From assembly GCA_944376685.1 (NCBI GenBank), contig CALWDN010000001.1:5472-69471 (forward strand): 64,000 nucleotides of DNA, given 5' to 3'. The notes below the pieces were generated by a model, which had not been told where the DNA came from, made no database searches, and saw only the letters and a program-made list of their open reading frames with translations. Every line of letters begins with the position of its first letter. Positions within the stretch are counted from its first letter, which is position 1. The stretch is from an uncultured Mediterraneibacter sp. Its GTDB lineage: Bacteria; Bacillota; Clostridia; Lachnospirales; Lachnospiraceae. Position numbers and translations under genes: made by a program. This document shows, one piece after another, positions 1 to 11,400 of the stretch.

Positions 1-1
1 A

Positions 2-154
2 ATGGCTGAGATGGCAGAAAGGCTGGGAGTTACAACCAGGACTATAGAACGGCAGATGAAAAAACTGCGTGAGTCCGAACGTGTTTTACGCGTCGGTGGA
101 AAGAGATACGGGCACTGGGAAGTAAAAGACGCTGGAGATGGTAAATTTAAATGA
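2..154 (+). CDS. 3' end of a gene truncated by the window edge; C-terminal winged-HTH (type seen on Fic or ATP-binding transcriptional regulators)
   Basis: Manual translation MAEMAERLGVTTRTIERQMKKLRESERVLRVGGKRYGHWEVK...; HTH followed by the typical R.G..K.G.WEV wing; stop TGA 152-154. Confidence 0.7.
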   Translation: MAEMAERLGVTTRTIERQMKKLRESERVLRVGGKRYGHWEVKDAGDGKFK

Positions 155-159
155 TTTAC

Positions 160-222
160 CAAGAAACTTCAGTTGTTCGGAAATTCCGAACAACCGCTGC
201 TAACGGGAAAAACTATAATACA
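160..222 (+). pseudogene. Short remnant resembling a RhuM-family protein
   Basis: Translates to QETSVVRKFRTTAANGKNYNT, matching the recalled RhuM motif SVVRKFRxTAxDGKxYxT; the rest of the gene is absent. Confidence 0.55.
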
Positions 223-238
223 ATTAGAGGTTTTATAT

Positions 239-1117
239 ATGGAATCAAGGATCAACGGACATACAAGATTATTCGCCCTGATCGGTTCTCCGGTCGGGCA
301 TTCGGGCTCGCCCGCCATGCACAATTACAGTTTCGCGCGGCGGGGGATCGACGCGGCTTATCTGGCCTTTGACGTGCCGGAGGAGCGGACGGCGGATGCG
401 GTCGAAGCGCTCCGTACGCTGCATGCAGGGGGATTTAATGTAACCATGCCGTGCAAGACGCAGACAGCCCGGCTGGTGGACCGGCTTTCGCCGGCGGCGG
501 AGCTGATCGGCGCCTGCAATACGGTCGTTATGGAAGAGGACGGCACGCTGACCGGCCATAATACGGACGGGATCGGGTTTGTGAGAAATCTGAAGGAGCA
601 CGGCGTGGAAGTCAAAGGGCAGAGGATCGTGATCCTCGGCACAGGCGGCGCGGCCACGGCCATCACCGTGCAGGCGGCGCTGGACGGTGCGGCACAGATC
701 GCCATCTTCAACCGCAGGGGCGGTTCCTATTCTAACGGAGAGAAGACGGTGGAGAAGATCCGCCGGGCAGTGCCGGACATTTCCAGGGTGTATATCGAGG
801 ATATCCATAACCGGGACGCGCTGAGAGCGGCCATAGCCGGAAGCGATCTGCTGGTCAACGCCACCAGCCTGGGCATGTGCCCGATGGAGGATCGGACGCC
901 GGTTCCGGCTGAATATCTGCATCCGGGGCTTGCCGTGGCGGATGTGGTCTATAATCCCCGTGAGACGCGCCTGCTCCGGGAGGCAAAAGAAGCCGGATGC
1001 CGGGCGGCGGTCGACGGGACCGGCATGCTGCTCTGGCAGGGCGCGGAAGCGTTCCGGCTGTTCACCGGACAGGAGATGCCGGCGGAAGAGGTGCGGGAGC
1101 GGTTTTTCGCAGAGTAA
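239..1117 (+). CDS. aroE: Shikimate dehydrogenase
   Basis: IGSPVGHSGSPAMHN, GFNVTMPCK, GHNTDGIG, GTGGAA, VADVVYNP, GMLLWQGA; start moved to ATG 239 after AGAGG RBS. Confidence 0.95.
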   Translation: MESRINGHTRLFALIGSPVGHSGSPAMHNYSFARRGIDAAYLAFDVPEERTADAVEALRTLHAGGFNVTMPCKTQTARLVDRLSPAAELIGACNTVVMEEDGTLTGHNTDGIGFVRNLKEHGVEVKGQRIVILGTGGAATAITVQAALDGAAQIAIFNRRGGSYSNGEKTVEKIRRAVPDISRVYIEDIHNRDALRAAIAGSDLLVNATSLGMCPMEDRTPVPAEYLHPGLAVADVVYNPRETRLLREAKEAGCRAAVDGTGMLLWQGAEAFRLFTGQEMPAEEVRERFFAE

Positions 1118-1173
1118 GGATCCGCGGGATCCGCGGGGCGCGGATCAGATAAAAAACAGACCCGACAACTGGG

Positions 1174-1989
1174 TCAGGTCTGCATCATATATTTTTCAAT
1201 TACGCGGAGTACGCCGTCTTCATCATTGGAAGCAGTGATGAAGTCGGCGGCTTTTTTTACAACAGGCTGTGCGTTTGCCATGGCGACGCCCAGTCCCGCG
1301 TACTCGATCATGGAGATATCGTTGTAACTGTCTCCGCAGCAGATCAGGTTCTCCGAAGTCAATCCCATTGTCTCCAGCAGGAAATCAAGGGCGGCTGCCT
1401 TGTCCACGTTCAGCGGCATGATCTCCAGATAGAAGGGCTCGGAGAAGTAGATGCTGAGCCGTCCTTTGTACGCTTCCTGGAGCGGGCCGGCTACGGTCTG
1501 CAGGAGCGAGGGCTCTCCGGAGACGATCATTTTATTTACGGGGAAATCCAGCGCAGAGGGGAAGTCGTCCACGGGGACGACGTCGATCCTGCAGTTGCGG
1601 GCCTCCACCAGATTGAAATCATTGTCCTGTATGCCGGAGAGGATCTCGGTGTCCGTGTAGGAGATGAGGTCCAGGCCGGGGATCGTTTTTACATATTCCC
1701 AGATCGGGCGGATGACTTCCGGCGGCAGCGTCTGGTTGCGGATGACCGCTCCGTCCGAACAGCGGGTGATCCGCGCGCCGTTAAAGGAGAGGGTGTATCC
1801 GCCGTAGCGCGGAAGCTCCAGCTCTTCGGCGAGATAGACCACGCCGTTAATGGGACGGCCGCTTGCCAGGACCACGGTTTTGCCGTTTTTCTGGAGTTCG
1901 ATGAGGCCCCGGCGCGTCGGCTCTGTGATCACTTTCTGCGAGTTGGTCAGTGTTCCGTCCAGATCCAGTGCGATTACTTCATATGCCAT
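1174..1989 (-). CDS. Cof-type HAD-IIB hydrolase
   Basis: DLDGTL, LASGR, VDKA, GDSYNDISM, GVAMANA motifs. Confidence 0.93.
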   Translation of the reverse strand: MAYEVIALDLDGTLTNSQKVITEPTRRGLIELQKNGKTVVLASGRPINGVVYLAEELELPRYGGYTLSFNGARITRCSDGAVIRNQTLPPEVIRPIWEYVKTIPGLDLISYTDTEILSGIQDNDFNLVEARNCRIDVVPVDDFPSALDFPVNKMIVSGEPSLLQTVAGPLQEAYKGRLSIYFSEPFYLEIMPLNVDKAAALDFLLETMGLTSENLICCGDSYNDISMIEYAGLGVAMANAQPVVKKAADFITASNDEDGVLRVIEKYMMQT

Positions 1990-2004
1990 AATCTGTCCCC
2001 GCTT

Positions 2005-3387
2005 TTATTCCTGTGTCAGCCGGTCCACGATCTCCGGGAATTCCATTCCGTGGGACGCCTTTACGAGAACCGTGTCGCCTGATTTCAGTATGTTGTGCAT
2101 GTCTTTAAAAAATTCCGGTTTCGAGCCGTAGTGGCGGATGACCATATCACGGCCTTCTGCCTTACATGTGTCCTGCGCGCCCCGGGCGGTCTGTGCGCTT
2201 AAGTCCCCGATGCAGACCAGGACGTTTATTCCGGCCCGGGCCGCATGGACGCCGGTCTCATAGTGCATTTCTTTTTCCTTTGCGCCCAGTTCGAACATAT
2301 CGCCCAGGATGGCGGCGGTGCGGGTGTCTGCGCAGGCCAGCACATCGAGAGATGACTTCATGGATGCCGGGTTGGCGTTATAGCAGTCGTCGATGACCGT
2401 ATAGCGGGCGCCCTCAATCAGGTTGTTGCGTCCGGCGATCGGTACATTGGCCTCGATGCCCCGTGCGATCTCTTCGTCGGTCATTCCAAGCGCACAGCCG
2501 ACGGCCGTGCCGGCAAGGGCGTTCCAGACCATGTGGCTGCCCGGGATGGAGATGTGCGCGGAGAATGAGGAGGACGGGGTGACGAATACCGCGTCTGTTC
2601 CCTTAAGTCCCCGGTTTTCGATCTGCTCCGCGTGATAAGGCAGGGAAGGATCCAGGCCGAAATATACCGGAGCGATGCCGTTTGACGGGGTGAAGCCGCG
2701 GAGTTTGTCATCATCGCCGTTGAGGATGATGGTCCCTTCCGGGTTCATATAGCCGAACATTTCGGTTTTTGCCTTCAGGATGCCGTCGCGGGATCCCAGG
2801 TTCTCCATATGTGCGACCCCGATATTGGTGATCACGCAGATGTCCGGGCGGGCGACTTTCGCAAGCCTTGTCATTTCACCGAAGTTGCTGATGCCCATCT
2901 CAAGAACGGCCACCTCGTGTTCTTCACGGATATTGAAGACGGTGAGCGGGAGGCCGATCTCATTATTGAAATTGCCCTCGGTCTTGAGGACATTGTATTT
3001 CTGTGAAAGCACGGAGGCGATCATTTCCTTTGTGCTTGTCTTTCCGACGCTGCCGGAGATGCCCACCACTTTAATATCGAGAGAGCGGCGGTAGTGCTCT
3101 GCAATGTCTTTGAGCGCCTGCTGGCAGGACTCCACGCGGATGTACGGATAGTCCGCATCACCCAGGTCCTGTTCGGACACGGCGCAGAGAGCTCCGGCCT
3201 CCATGACCTTCGGGATAAATGTATGGCCGTCCACGCGGGCGCCTCTGATCGCGACAAACAGGCTGTCTTTCCCGGCTTTCCGGCTGTCGATCACGACATC
3301 TGATACTTCTTTGTCTGCTTTTGACGGATCTCCGTGGTAAATGCCCTTGCAGGCGGCAGCGATCTCGTGCAGTGACATATGCTTCAT
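2005..3387 (-). CDS. murF: UDP-N-acetylmuramoyl-tripeptide--D-Ala-D-Ala ligase
   Basis: GISGSVGKTSTKE, NFNNEIGLP, DDCYNANPASM, LGDMFELG, VKASHG. Confidence 0.96.
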   Translation of the reverse strand: MKHMSLHEIAAACKGIYHGDPSKADKEVSDVVIDSRKAGKDSLFVAIRGARVDGHTFIPKVMEAGALCAVSEQDLGDADYPYIRVESCQQALKDIAEHYRRSLDIKVVGISGSVGKTSTKEMIASVLSQKYNVLKTEGNFNNEIGLPLTVFNIREEHEVAVLEMGISNFGEMTRLAKVARPDICVITNIGVAHMENLGSRDGILKAKTEMFGYMNPEGTIILNGDDDKLRGFTPSNGIAPVYFGLDPSLPYHAEQIENRGLKGTDAVFVTPSSSFSAHISIPGSHMVWNALAGTAVGCALGMTDEEIARGIEANVPIAGRNNLIEGARYTVIDDCYNANPASMKSSLDVLACADTRTAAILGDMFELGAKEKEMHYETGVHAARAGINVLVCIGDLSAQTARGAQDTCKAEGRDMVIRHYGSKPEFFKDMHNILKSGDTVLVKASHGMEFPEIVDRLTQE

Positions 3388-3403
3388 ATGTATAAGTCCT
3401 TTC

Positions 3404-4462
3404 CTATTTTCCGTACCGCGCTTCTATGGATTTGCGGATGATCATCTCACAGAGGTCTCCGTATTCGATCCCTACAGCCTTCGCTTCTTTCGGCAGCAGG
3501 CTGGCGGCGGTCATGCCCGGGAGTGTATTCATCTCCAGGCAGTACAGGTTCCCCTCATCATCCAGCAGGAAATCGGCGCGGCTGTATACATTCAGCTTCA
3601 GTGCGCGGAACGCTTTTACCGTGAGGTCCATCATGCGCTGGGCGGTCTCTTCCGGGATGTCTGCAGGGCAGATCTCCTGTGTGGCGCCGTCCTGGTATTT
3701 ATTGGCGTAGTCGAAGAAGCCGCTCTTTGGAATGATCTCGATGGGCGGGAGCGCCTGCCCGTCGATAACGCCGCAGGCGAATTCGCGGCCTTTGATGCAG
3801 ACTTCCACGACAGCCTCTTCTTCGTATTTAAATGAATTCTCCAGTGCGGCGGTGTATTCTTCCTCGGTATTGGCGATGTAAACACCGATGCTGGAACCGC
3901 CGCAGCATGGTTTTACGACAACCGGAAGGGTAAGCCCTGTGGATGCGAAAGAACGGTCGGCCGTGTCCCGGTGCAGGCAGACGCCTCTGGGCGTGTCCAC
4001 GCCGGCTTCAAGGAAAATGGCTTTCGTAAGCCCCTTGTCCATGGCGACCGCGCAGCCGAGGGAATCGGGACCGGTGTAACGGATGCCGAGCAGGTCGAAT
4101 GCGGCCTGCAGCTTGCCGTTCTCGCCCTCGCCGCCGTGAAGGCCGATGAATGTAATGTCCGCCATGCGGCACAGGGTGATCACATTCGGGCCGAAGAAGC
4201 AGCCGGACTGATCCGGGCGGGAAGCTTTGACCGCTTCCAGGTCCGGCTCCGCCTCGCTTATATTTCCGGCGATCTCCAGGCCGTGTCCCGGCATGGTGAA
4301 TACATCTTCCAGATTTTCCGGCGGATTCTCCAGTCCGAAAAATACATCCAGCAGGAACGCGTCATGCCCTTTCTCGAGCAGAGTCCTGCAGATCCCTGCG
4401 GCGGAGGCAAGCGATACATCGCGCTCCGTGCTTAATCCTCCGGCCAGTACGATAATCTTCAT
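3404..4462 (-). CDS. ddl: D-alanine--D-alanine ligase
   Basis: GGLSTERDVS, LHGGEGENG, GSSIG, FDYANKY, LEMNTLPGMT. Confidence 0.95.
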   Translation of the reverse strand: MKIIVLAGGLSTERDVSLASAAGICRTLLEKGHDAFLLDVFFGLENPPENLEDVFTMPGHGLEIAGNISEAEPDLEAVKASRPDQSGCFFGPNVITLCRMADITFIGLHGGEGENGKLQAAFDLLGIRYTGPDSLGCAVAMDKGLTKAIFLEAGVDTPRGVCLHRDTADRSFASTGLTLPVVVKPCCGGSSIGVYIANTEEEYTAALENSFKYEEEAVVEVCIKGREFACGVIDGQALPPIEIIPKSGFFDYANKYQDGATQEICPADIPEETAQRMMDLTVKAFRALKLNVYSRADFLLDDEGNLYCLEMNTLPGMTAASLLPKEAKAVGIEYGDLCEMIIRKSIEARYGK

Positions 4463-4509
4463 AATTGGTTAAACTCCTTTACAGTCTGTAAATATAGTCC
4501 GCCAGCAGG

Positions 4510-5958
4510 TCAGATGCTGACGTTGTTAAGAAGCTCTGCTTTCGTGTCGTAGAGTTTCTTTGAAAGGTCCACATAGACCTTGTGCGGGTTGAAGAGACGC
4601 TTCGTCTCATCCCACAGCGTATCCTTTTCCTGACGGCAGAATGCCGCGATCTCTTTGACGGACGGAGAGGTGTACTTGCATTCTCCGCGCTGGAAGACCG
4701 GTACGAGCAGCTCTTTCATCGTGTAAGTGCCGCCCTCGAGACGGGTCTTCTTCCATGTGGCGTTCGGGTCGAAGAGCAGGAGGTCTTCGGATGTGTCGAA
4801 CGCCTCGCCGACGAAGCAGATCAGGTCCGCGCGCATCTTGCCGGTCTCTTTGTCATAGATCCGGTAGATCGTCTTGTTCCCGGGGTTGGTGATCTTCTCA
4901 ACATTTTCCGAGATCTTGATCTTCGGTACGAACTCGCCCTGCTCATTCTGGATGGCGGCAAGCTTATAAACACCGCCGAAGGACGGACAGTCCTTGGAAG
5001 TGATCAGGTTGGTGCCGACGCCCCAGGAAGTGATCGCAGCCCCCTGAAGCTTCAGGTCGTTGATCAGGAATTCGTCCAGGTCATTGGACGCGGCGATGAC
5101 CGCATCTGTGAAGCCGGCTTCGTCCAGCATCTTCCGGGCTTTTTTGGACAGGTATGCCAGGTCTCCCGAATCCAGGCGGATGCCGTAGCTCTTCGGATGG
5201 ATGCCTGCATCGCGCATTTCCTTAAATACGCGGATGGCATTGGGGACGCCGGACTTCAGTGTGTCATAGGTGTCGACGAGCAGGGTGCACGCATCCGGGT
5301 AGAGACGGGCGTATTCCTTAAACGCAGTGTATTCATCTTTAAAACTCATGATCCAGCTGTGGGCATGGGTTCCCAGGACCGGTACGTCGAACATTTCCCC
5401 GGCCAGGACGTTGGATGTGCCGACGCATCCGCCGATGACGGCCGCGCGCGCGCCGTAAAGCCCCGCGTCCGGGCCCTGCGCCCGGCGAAGGCCGAACTCC
5501 ATGACGCCGTTCCCCCTCGCGGCGTGGACCACGCGGGAGGCCTTGGTGGCGATCAGGCACTGATGGTTGATGATCGTCAGGATGGCCGTCTCCACGAGTT
5601 GCGCCTCCATGATCGGCGCAATGACCTTGATCAGCGGCTCTCTCGGGAAGATCACGGTTCCTTCCGGGATCGCGTAGATATCGCCGCTGAAATGGAAGCC
5701 GCTTAAGTAATGAAGAAAGTCCTCGCTGAAAATGCCAAGTCCCCTCAGATAATCCACATCATCATAGGAGAAGTTCAGGTTCTTGATATAGTCAATGACC
5801 TGCTCAAGGCCGGCCATGATCGAATAGCCGCCTTTGTTGGGGTTCTCACGGAAGAACATGTCAAAGATAACGGTCTCGTTTTCCTGTGTTTCAAAGTAGC
5901 CCTGCATCATCGTGAGTTCATACAGATCGGTAAGCAGAGTAAGGTTCTGTGCACTCAT
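4510..5958 (-). CDS. pncB: Nicotinate phosphoribosyltransferase
   Basis: LLTDLYELTM, EFGLRRAQG, GTHAHSW, LVDTYD, IRLDSGDL, GGVYKL. Confidence 0.96.
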   Translation of the reverse strand: MSAQNLTLLTDLYELTMMQGYFETQENETVIFDMFFRENPNKGGYSIMAGLEQVIDYIKNLNFSYDDVDYLRGLGIFSEDFLHYLSGFHFSGDIYAIPEGTVIFPREPLIKVIAPIMEAQLVETAILTIINHQCLIATKASRVVHAARGNGVMEFGLRRAQGPDAGLYGARAAVIGGCVGTSNVLAGEMFDVPVLGTHAHSWIMSFKDEYTAFKEYARLYPDACTLLVDTYDTLKSGVPNAIRVFKEMRDAGIHPKSYGIRLDSGDLAYLSKKARKMLDEAGFTDAVIAASNDLDEFLINDLKLQGAAITSWGVGTNLITSKDCPSFGGVYKLAAIQNEQGEFVPKIKISENVEKITNPGNKTIYRIYDKETGKMRADLICFVGEAFDTSEDLLLFDPNATWKKTRLEGGTYTMKELLVPVFQRGECKYTSPSVKEIAAFCRQEKDTLWDETKRLFNPHKVYVDLSKKLYDTKAELLNNVSI

Positions 5959-6020
5959 AGTTTTACCCTCTTTTCGCTGAAAAAGCGTCCGGAAGACGCC
6001 GCTTTGTGATTTTCTTTACG

Positions 6021-6049
6021 ATTATAGCACAATCGTGCGGAATCTTCTA
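6021..6049 (-). promoter_or_regulatory. Putative sigma-A promoter of pncB
   Basis: Minus strand TAGAAG-17 nt-TATAAT with extended -10 TG. Confidence 0.55.
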
Positions 6050-6116
6050 CATAATATGCCGCTGCGGCAGCAATTTGTCAGATGTGCAGAATAAACGATT
6101 TTTAACCAGATTTTAC

Positions 6117-6145
6117 TTGTTTAATTCGGCAAAGTGCATTATAAT
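6117..6145 (+). promoter_or_regulatory. Putative sigma-A promoter of the vWA-tubulin operon
   Basis: TTGTTT-17 nt-TATAAT about 70 nt upstream of ATG 6216. Confidence 0.55.
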
Positions 6146-6215
6146 AAACATGTGTTTTTGTCGAATTTTCTATGAATTTGCGGCACCAGCATTTACAGCT
6201 ATACGGAGGCGGGGA

Positions 6216-8363
6216 ATGATCATGAAAAAAATAATTTCAAAAATCCTGCTTGCACTGCTTCTCTTTGCGGCAGCGGCGCCGGCAATGCCGGATGCGCGTG
6301 CGGCAGAAGTGGAGGCTGGCGGTGCAAGGGCGATCTATGTTGTGTTTGACAATTCCGGTAGTATGTACGGACCGGGAAATATGGCATGGTCCCAGGCAAC
6401 ATATGCAATGGAAGTATTCGCAGCCATGATGAATTATGACAATGGCGACCAGATGAAGATATTTCCGCTGCACAATGTGACTACGCAGGGGACGGGCGGG
6501 ACAGACACGACTTCGTCAATCTCGGTCGCATCGATCAACGACATTACCCAGATCCACAATATGTATACGCCGCAGCCGCTTGGAACGCCTTATACACAGG
6601 TCAATACCGCGGCGAATGAACTGGCGGCCCTTCTGGACAGCGGCGCTGCGGAAGAGGGGTGGCTGGTCATCCTGACGGACGGCGACTTTGACAGCGACCT
6701 GCCGGCAACTGACCTCCAGACAGACCTGGAGCAGAAAGCGCAGGCGCGTGAAAATATGTATGTCCAGTATCTGGCGGTGGGGACCGACATATCCAGCATC
6801 CCGAACGCAGACGAAACGATCGGGCTCTATTCGCAGAAGGTAGAGAGCAGCTCCCAGGTGATCAATGAACTGGCAGTGATCAGCAACCGCATATTTGAGC
6901 GGAATGAATATCCGGGGTATAAGGAAGACGGAACTTTGTCTTTCGACATCCCGCTGAGCAGGCTGATCGTATTTGCCCAGGGCAGCAATGTAAGCATCAA
7001 CAGTATGAAAAATAAAGAGGGCGGAGAGATAACCCTCGAGAGCAGCTATGAGGTCTCGTGCAGCAGTACGGACGGCGGCGGGCTTACGAGTTATGTGACC
7101 GAGACGCCGACAAAGGATACTTCCCTGAAGGGGCAGGTCGCGGTATTCGCCGATGCATCTGCGATCAAGGAGGGGGATTACACCCTCGATATAACAGGGG
7201 CGGATTCGATACAGGTTTATTATGAGCCGGATGTAAAGTTCGGAGTGGCGCTGTACAGGGGAGATGAAAAGCTGGACGGCGAGATGATCCAGGGAGGCGC
7301 CATGGAAGCCCGGGTCGGGTTTGTGAACCGGCTCACCGGTGAGTTCATCGAGAATACATCCCTTCTCGGGGAACCGGAATATAAGCTGACTGTAAACGGT
7401 GAAGAGTACGGGCTGAGCGGAGGCACGGGCGCTTATCAGTCGGTGGAGATCATGGCGGACAGCGACGCGCTCGACATTTCTGCGGATGTAAGCTATCTGA
7501 ATGATTATACGGATCATGTCGATCTGTCATTCCAGGTATGCAATCTTGAAATGAATATCGATGCGCCGGCAACAGCGGCCCTGAAGTCGCTCGGCGACGG
7601 GAAGATGACGGTCACGGTGTCCAGGAACGGAACGCCGCTGACGGAAGAACAGTGGCAGAACGCGGCGGTGGATGTCATGAGCCGTGACAGTGAAGGAAAT
7701 GATTTCGCGGTTGAATGGGACGTCCAGCCCGGAGACGAAGTGTCTACATGGGTCATTACCCCGGGGTACAAAGACGGGGATATGTTCTCGACCGGTACGG
7801 GGCCGGCGGATATAACGGTCAGCGTATCCACAGACATCGAGGGCGATCCGTACGGCACGAGCCAGAATCTGTCCATGGAGATCAAAGATGACAGGAACCC
7901 GCTTGATTATCTGAAGGAATACTGGCTTCAGATTACCATAAGCCTGGCGGTGCTGATACTGATACTGGGATATGTGCCGCCGTTCAAGCACCGGTTCTCA
8001 CGCAGGATGAGGAGGCGTCCGAGCATTGACTGCACGGCGGAAAAGATCGGCATCCGGGATATGGTCGTAAAAGGCAAATTCGAAAAAGATAAATGGACGA
8101 TCTTCTGTCCGTACAAATCAGAGACGGGAAGCCTTACTTTTGCCCCGGCCCCGGCGAAAAAGACAGCCAGGCTGAAAGCGGTGAAGGGCGGCAGGATGGC
8201 GATCCTGAATACAGCAGCGTTCCGGGGGAAAGAAGAGATCACCTTTAACGGCATGTCGATCCCGGAGACGTATAAAGGGCACTATGAGATTTCTGCAAGC
8301 ACCTATATCGCGGTGTCCACGCCGGAATTTACATATACATGCGTCCCGAATGTGAAGAAATGA
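6216..8363 (+). CDS. Signal-peptide vWA-domain membrane protein (extracellular vWA and beta-rich region, one TM, basic cytoplasmic tail)
   Basis: GGAGG RBS 6205-6209; signal peptide MKKIISKILLALLLFAAAAPA; MIDAS VFDNSGS, GTP, LVILTDG; TM YWLQITISLAVLILILGY. Confidence 0.85.
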   Translation: MIMKKIISKILLALLLFAAAAPAMPDARAAEVEAGGARAIYVVFDNSGSMYGPGNMAWSQATYAMEVFAAMMNYDNGDQMKIFPLHNVTTQGTGGTDTTSSISVASINDITQIHNMYTPQPLGTPYTQVNTAANELAALLDSGAAEEGWLVILTDGDFDSDLPATDLQTDLEQKAQARENMYVQYLAVGTDISSIPNADETIGLYSQKVESSSQVINELAVISNRIFERNEYPGYKEDGTLSFDIPLSRLIVFAQGSNVSINSMKNKEGGEITLESSYEVSCSSTDGGGLTSYVTETPTKDTSLKGQVAVFADASAIKEGDYTLDITGADSIQVYYEPDVKFGVALYRGDEKLDGEMIQGGAMEARVGFVNRLTGEFIENTSLLGEPEYKLTVNGEEYGLSGGTGAYQSVEIMADSDALDISADVSYLNDYTDHVDLSFQVCNLEMNIDAPATAALKSLGDGKMTVTVSRNGTPLTEEQWQNAAVDVMSRDSEGNDFAVEWDVQPGDEVSTWVITPGYKDGDMFSTGTGPADITVSVSTDIEGDPYGTSQNLSMEIKDDRNPLDYLKEYWLQITISLAVLILILGYVPPFKHRFSRRMRRRPSIDCTAEKIGIRDMVVKGKFEKDKWTIFCPYKSETGSLTFAPAPAKKTARLKAVKGGRMAILNTAAFRGKEEITFNGMSIPETYKGHYEISASTYIAVSTPEFTYTCVPNVKK

Positions 8364-8411
8364 GAGCGTAAAGAAAAATCCATATAAAAACACAATGAGG
8401 AGGTAGAGCAA

Positions 8412-11400
8412 ATGATTGCACCAACATTATTAGTCGGCCTTGGAGGAACCGGGTCAAAGATCGTATGCCGCGTATCAAAAATGGTCACAGAGGAGCAGCG
8501 CAAACATATCGGATTCGCCGTTTTTGACACAGACATCAACGAACTGCGGGAGATCCGCGAGCAGAATCCGTTTATCAAGACGATCCAGACGTCTACAAAC
8601 CTGACCGTGGGCGAATACCTGAACATTGACACCCATGCAAGGGACACCTGGTTCCCGGTAAATGGGATCCTCAACAGTAAATCCCTGACAGAGGGCGCGG
8701 GCCAGGTGAGGGCGATCTCCAGGCTTGCCCTTGACACGGCGATCCGCGCGGGGAATATGGAGCCGCTGCACAATGCGATCGAAGACCTGTACAAACTGGA
8801 GGGCGATTCCAGCGAGCAGGCGCTCCGCGTCGTAATCGTGAGCTCTCTTGCCGGCGGTACCGGCTCCGGGCTGATCCTTCCGGTCGCCCTGTACCTGAAG
8901 AATTATCTGGCTACAAAGTTCCAGGCAAGCGCGAACATTACCAGGGGATTCTTCATCCTGCCGGAAGTATTTTATGAGGTGATCAGGGGGCAGACTGAGC
9001 GCAACAACCTCAGATGCAACGCCTATGCGGCATTGAGGGAGCTTGATGCATTTCTTATGAAAGGCGACAGGACGCTTTCCGATAAATACGAAAAGACGGT
9101 TAAAGTCGAATTCCCGAGAGTCGGCTCAAATGATGTGGAAGAATATGACGTGAGGCCATATGATTTCTGCTTCCTTTTCGACGCGCAGAATACGGCCGGA
9201 AAGAAGCTCAACAGCTTCAACCAGTATCTTGACCATGCGGCAAACTGCATCTATTCACAGTCCATCGGGCCGATGAACAAGAGGAGCAACTCTTCGGAGG
9301 ATAATACGATCCGTGAACTCTGCGCGCAGCGCGGGCGCAACCGTTATGCGGGTGCAGGTTCCGCCATGCTGATCTATCCGAATGAGGATGTGAAGGAATA
9401 TATCGCGCTGAACTGGGCGAAGGAGTGTGTGTCCAAGCAGTGGCTCGTGTTTGATGATATGTACAGGGAAAAATGTGTCGCCAACGCGGAGATGCGCGCC
9501 CAGGGCTTCCACGTGCAGGATGTAAACGCCTCCATGGATTACATTGAATCGATCAACCAGATGGCCAAGCAGAAAGACCCGTTTGCGAAAGCGATCGAGG
9601 AGGCCTGCACGATCTATGATGAGGGCGGGTTCAAGAAAATAGGCGACAAGTGGACGGAATACGTTGACAAGCTTAAAAAGTTCATCAAAGAGAGCACGAT
9701 GAACGGACAGATGGATCTGGATTCGCAGAAAAAAGAAGCGGTCAGCATGGTGAATAATGTTGAGGTCGGCAAGAAAGAAACTGCGGAAGAACTCCAGAGT
9801 GCGTTCGCGGAGATGGAAAAATATAAAGACATGGTCGTAAAACGCAGCGAGGATACCGGAAGGACGATCGCCTATGCGGTATTTAAGGCAAAGAATGACT
9901 CTGCCACCAAGGACAGGCTGCCGCACCAGCTGGAGACATATTTGCGCGACCAGAACGACGCGTTTATCCATCCGAATGCCGTCCGGTATTTCCTCTATCA
10001 GGTGCTGGAGCTCCTGAAACAGGAAAAAGTGCTTGTTGACAAGGAAAACAAGAAGAAAGAAAAGTTCTTTGAGGAAGAATTTGTCAAGAATTTTGACGAC
10101 GACAAGACGACAGATGTTGTCGAGACCGTAGACCAGCTTGCAGACAGGAAGATCGACAGAAAGAAACAGCAGGACCTGAAAGACCAGTTCAGGAATTACA
10201 TCAACCAGGTAGACCAGTACCGCACCAGCAGCGTGCTTGCGGAAGTATACCGGGAAGGCATTGATTACGTTACGAACCTCTGCAGTGCGTTTGAGACGTT
10301 TTACGCTTCATTCGAAGACCGGATCAGCAAACTGGACAGGCGCATTGTGTCCCTGCTTAAAAAATACGGAAATACAGCCGGAAAAACTACAAGATATGTG
10401 TGCGCGACGCCGAACTGCATGGAGCACCTTCTTAAAGAAATGCCGTATACCGGCAATACGATCACGATCGACAAGGAACTGGCTGAAAGTATCTACATGA
10501 AGGTCCGCAGTTATTCCATGATGAAGGAAAAACCGGAAAACGGCGGTTATTTTGAGGAACTCTTCGAAGACGGGATCATCGGGTATTTCAAGAACTCCCT
10601 GCTGGAAGTTTACGGAAGCACGGTTAATATGGATGTCCTTTCCGCTCTGGAGAGAGAGGCAAAGTATGAGGCCAATGAGTATGACTACGGCCGGGTTGAG
10701 CAGTATGTGCGCCGGGTGATCGCGGAGACAAGGAACCTGTCCAGCCCGTTCATCGAGCGGCCGCTCGGCGAGCAGAGAGAGCCCATCGCGGCATGTACAT
10801 ACAGCACGGAGCTTGATCCGAAAGACGATTCGCCGAGATCTCATCTGATCGCCAAGGAACTTGGCAATTACGGCGGAAATCCGGATGCGGACATCCCGCT
10901 TAATATGATCATGTTCTATCAGGCGATCTACGGGCTGCGCGCAAACGGACTGTCCAAATTCGCGCCGGCCAGCGAAGCTGACGGAAGAGGTGAAGGCGAA
11001 TATTATAAGGCATACTATGAGCTGATCAGCCAGATCAAGCCGAAATCAGACAAGACGCCGGTCATCACGCCGCATATTGACAAGAGATGGCACATCATAT
11101 CCTGTATGCCGGATCTGGACGATGATAATCAGAAACGCCAGGAAAGACAGATCTACAGGGCGTTTATCCTCGGCCTTGTATTCAACCTGATCAGCTACCG
11201 GAAGATATCGGAAGGGAAATATCTGTACCGGCTGCAGATGAACGGGATCGAGACGGAAGAATTCGTTGTTTCAAACGGTACGCCGTGCGACCACTATTAT
11301 GAAGTCCTGGATGCACTGATCATCAACCCGGTTGTTGTCAGGACGATCCTGAATTACATGAACAAGAAGTTTGATATGGAGCGCAACAATGCCGGCAAGA

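Noticed and set aside
1118-1146. ggatccgcg tandem duplication and hairpin between aroE and the HAD gene
   Set aside because: Too short to call a mobile or REP element; probably part of a terminator between convergent genes
3404-4462. Vancomycin-resistance ligase (VanA/B type)
   Set aside because: Housekeeping context with murF, DYANKY loop typical of D-Ala-D-Ala ligases, and no vanH/X/R/S nearby
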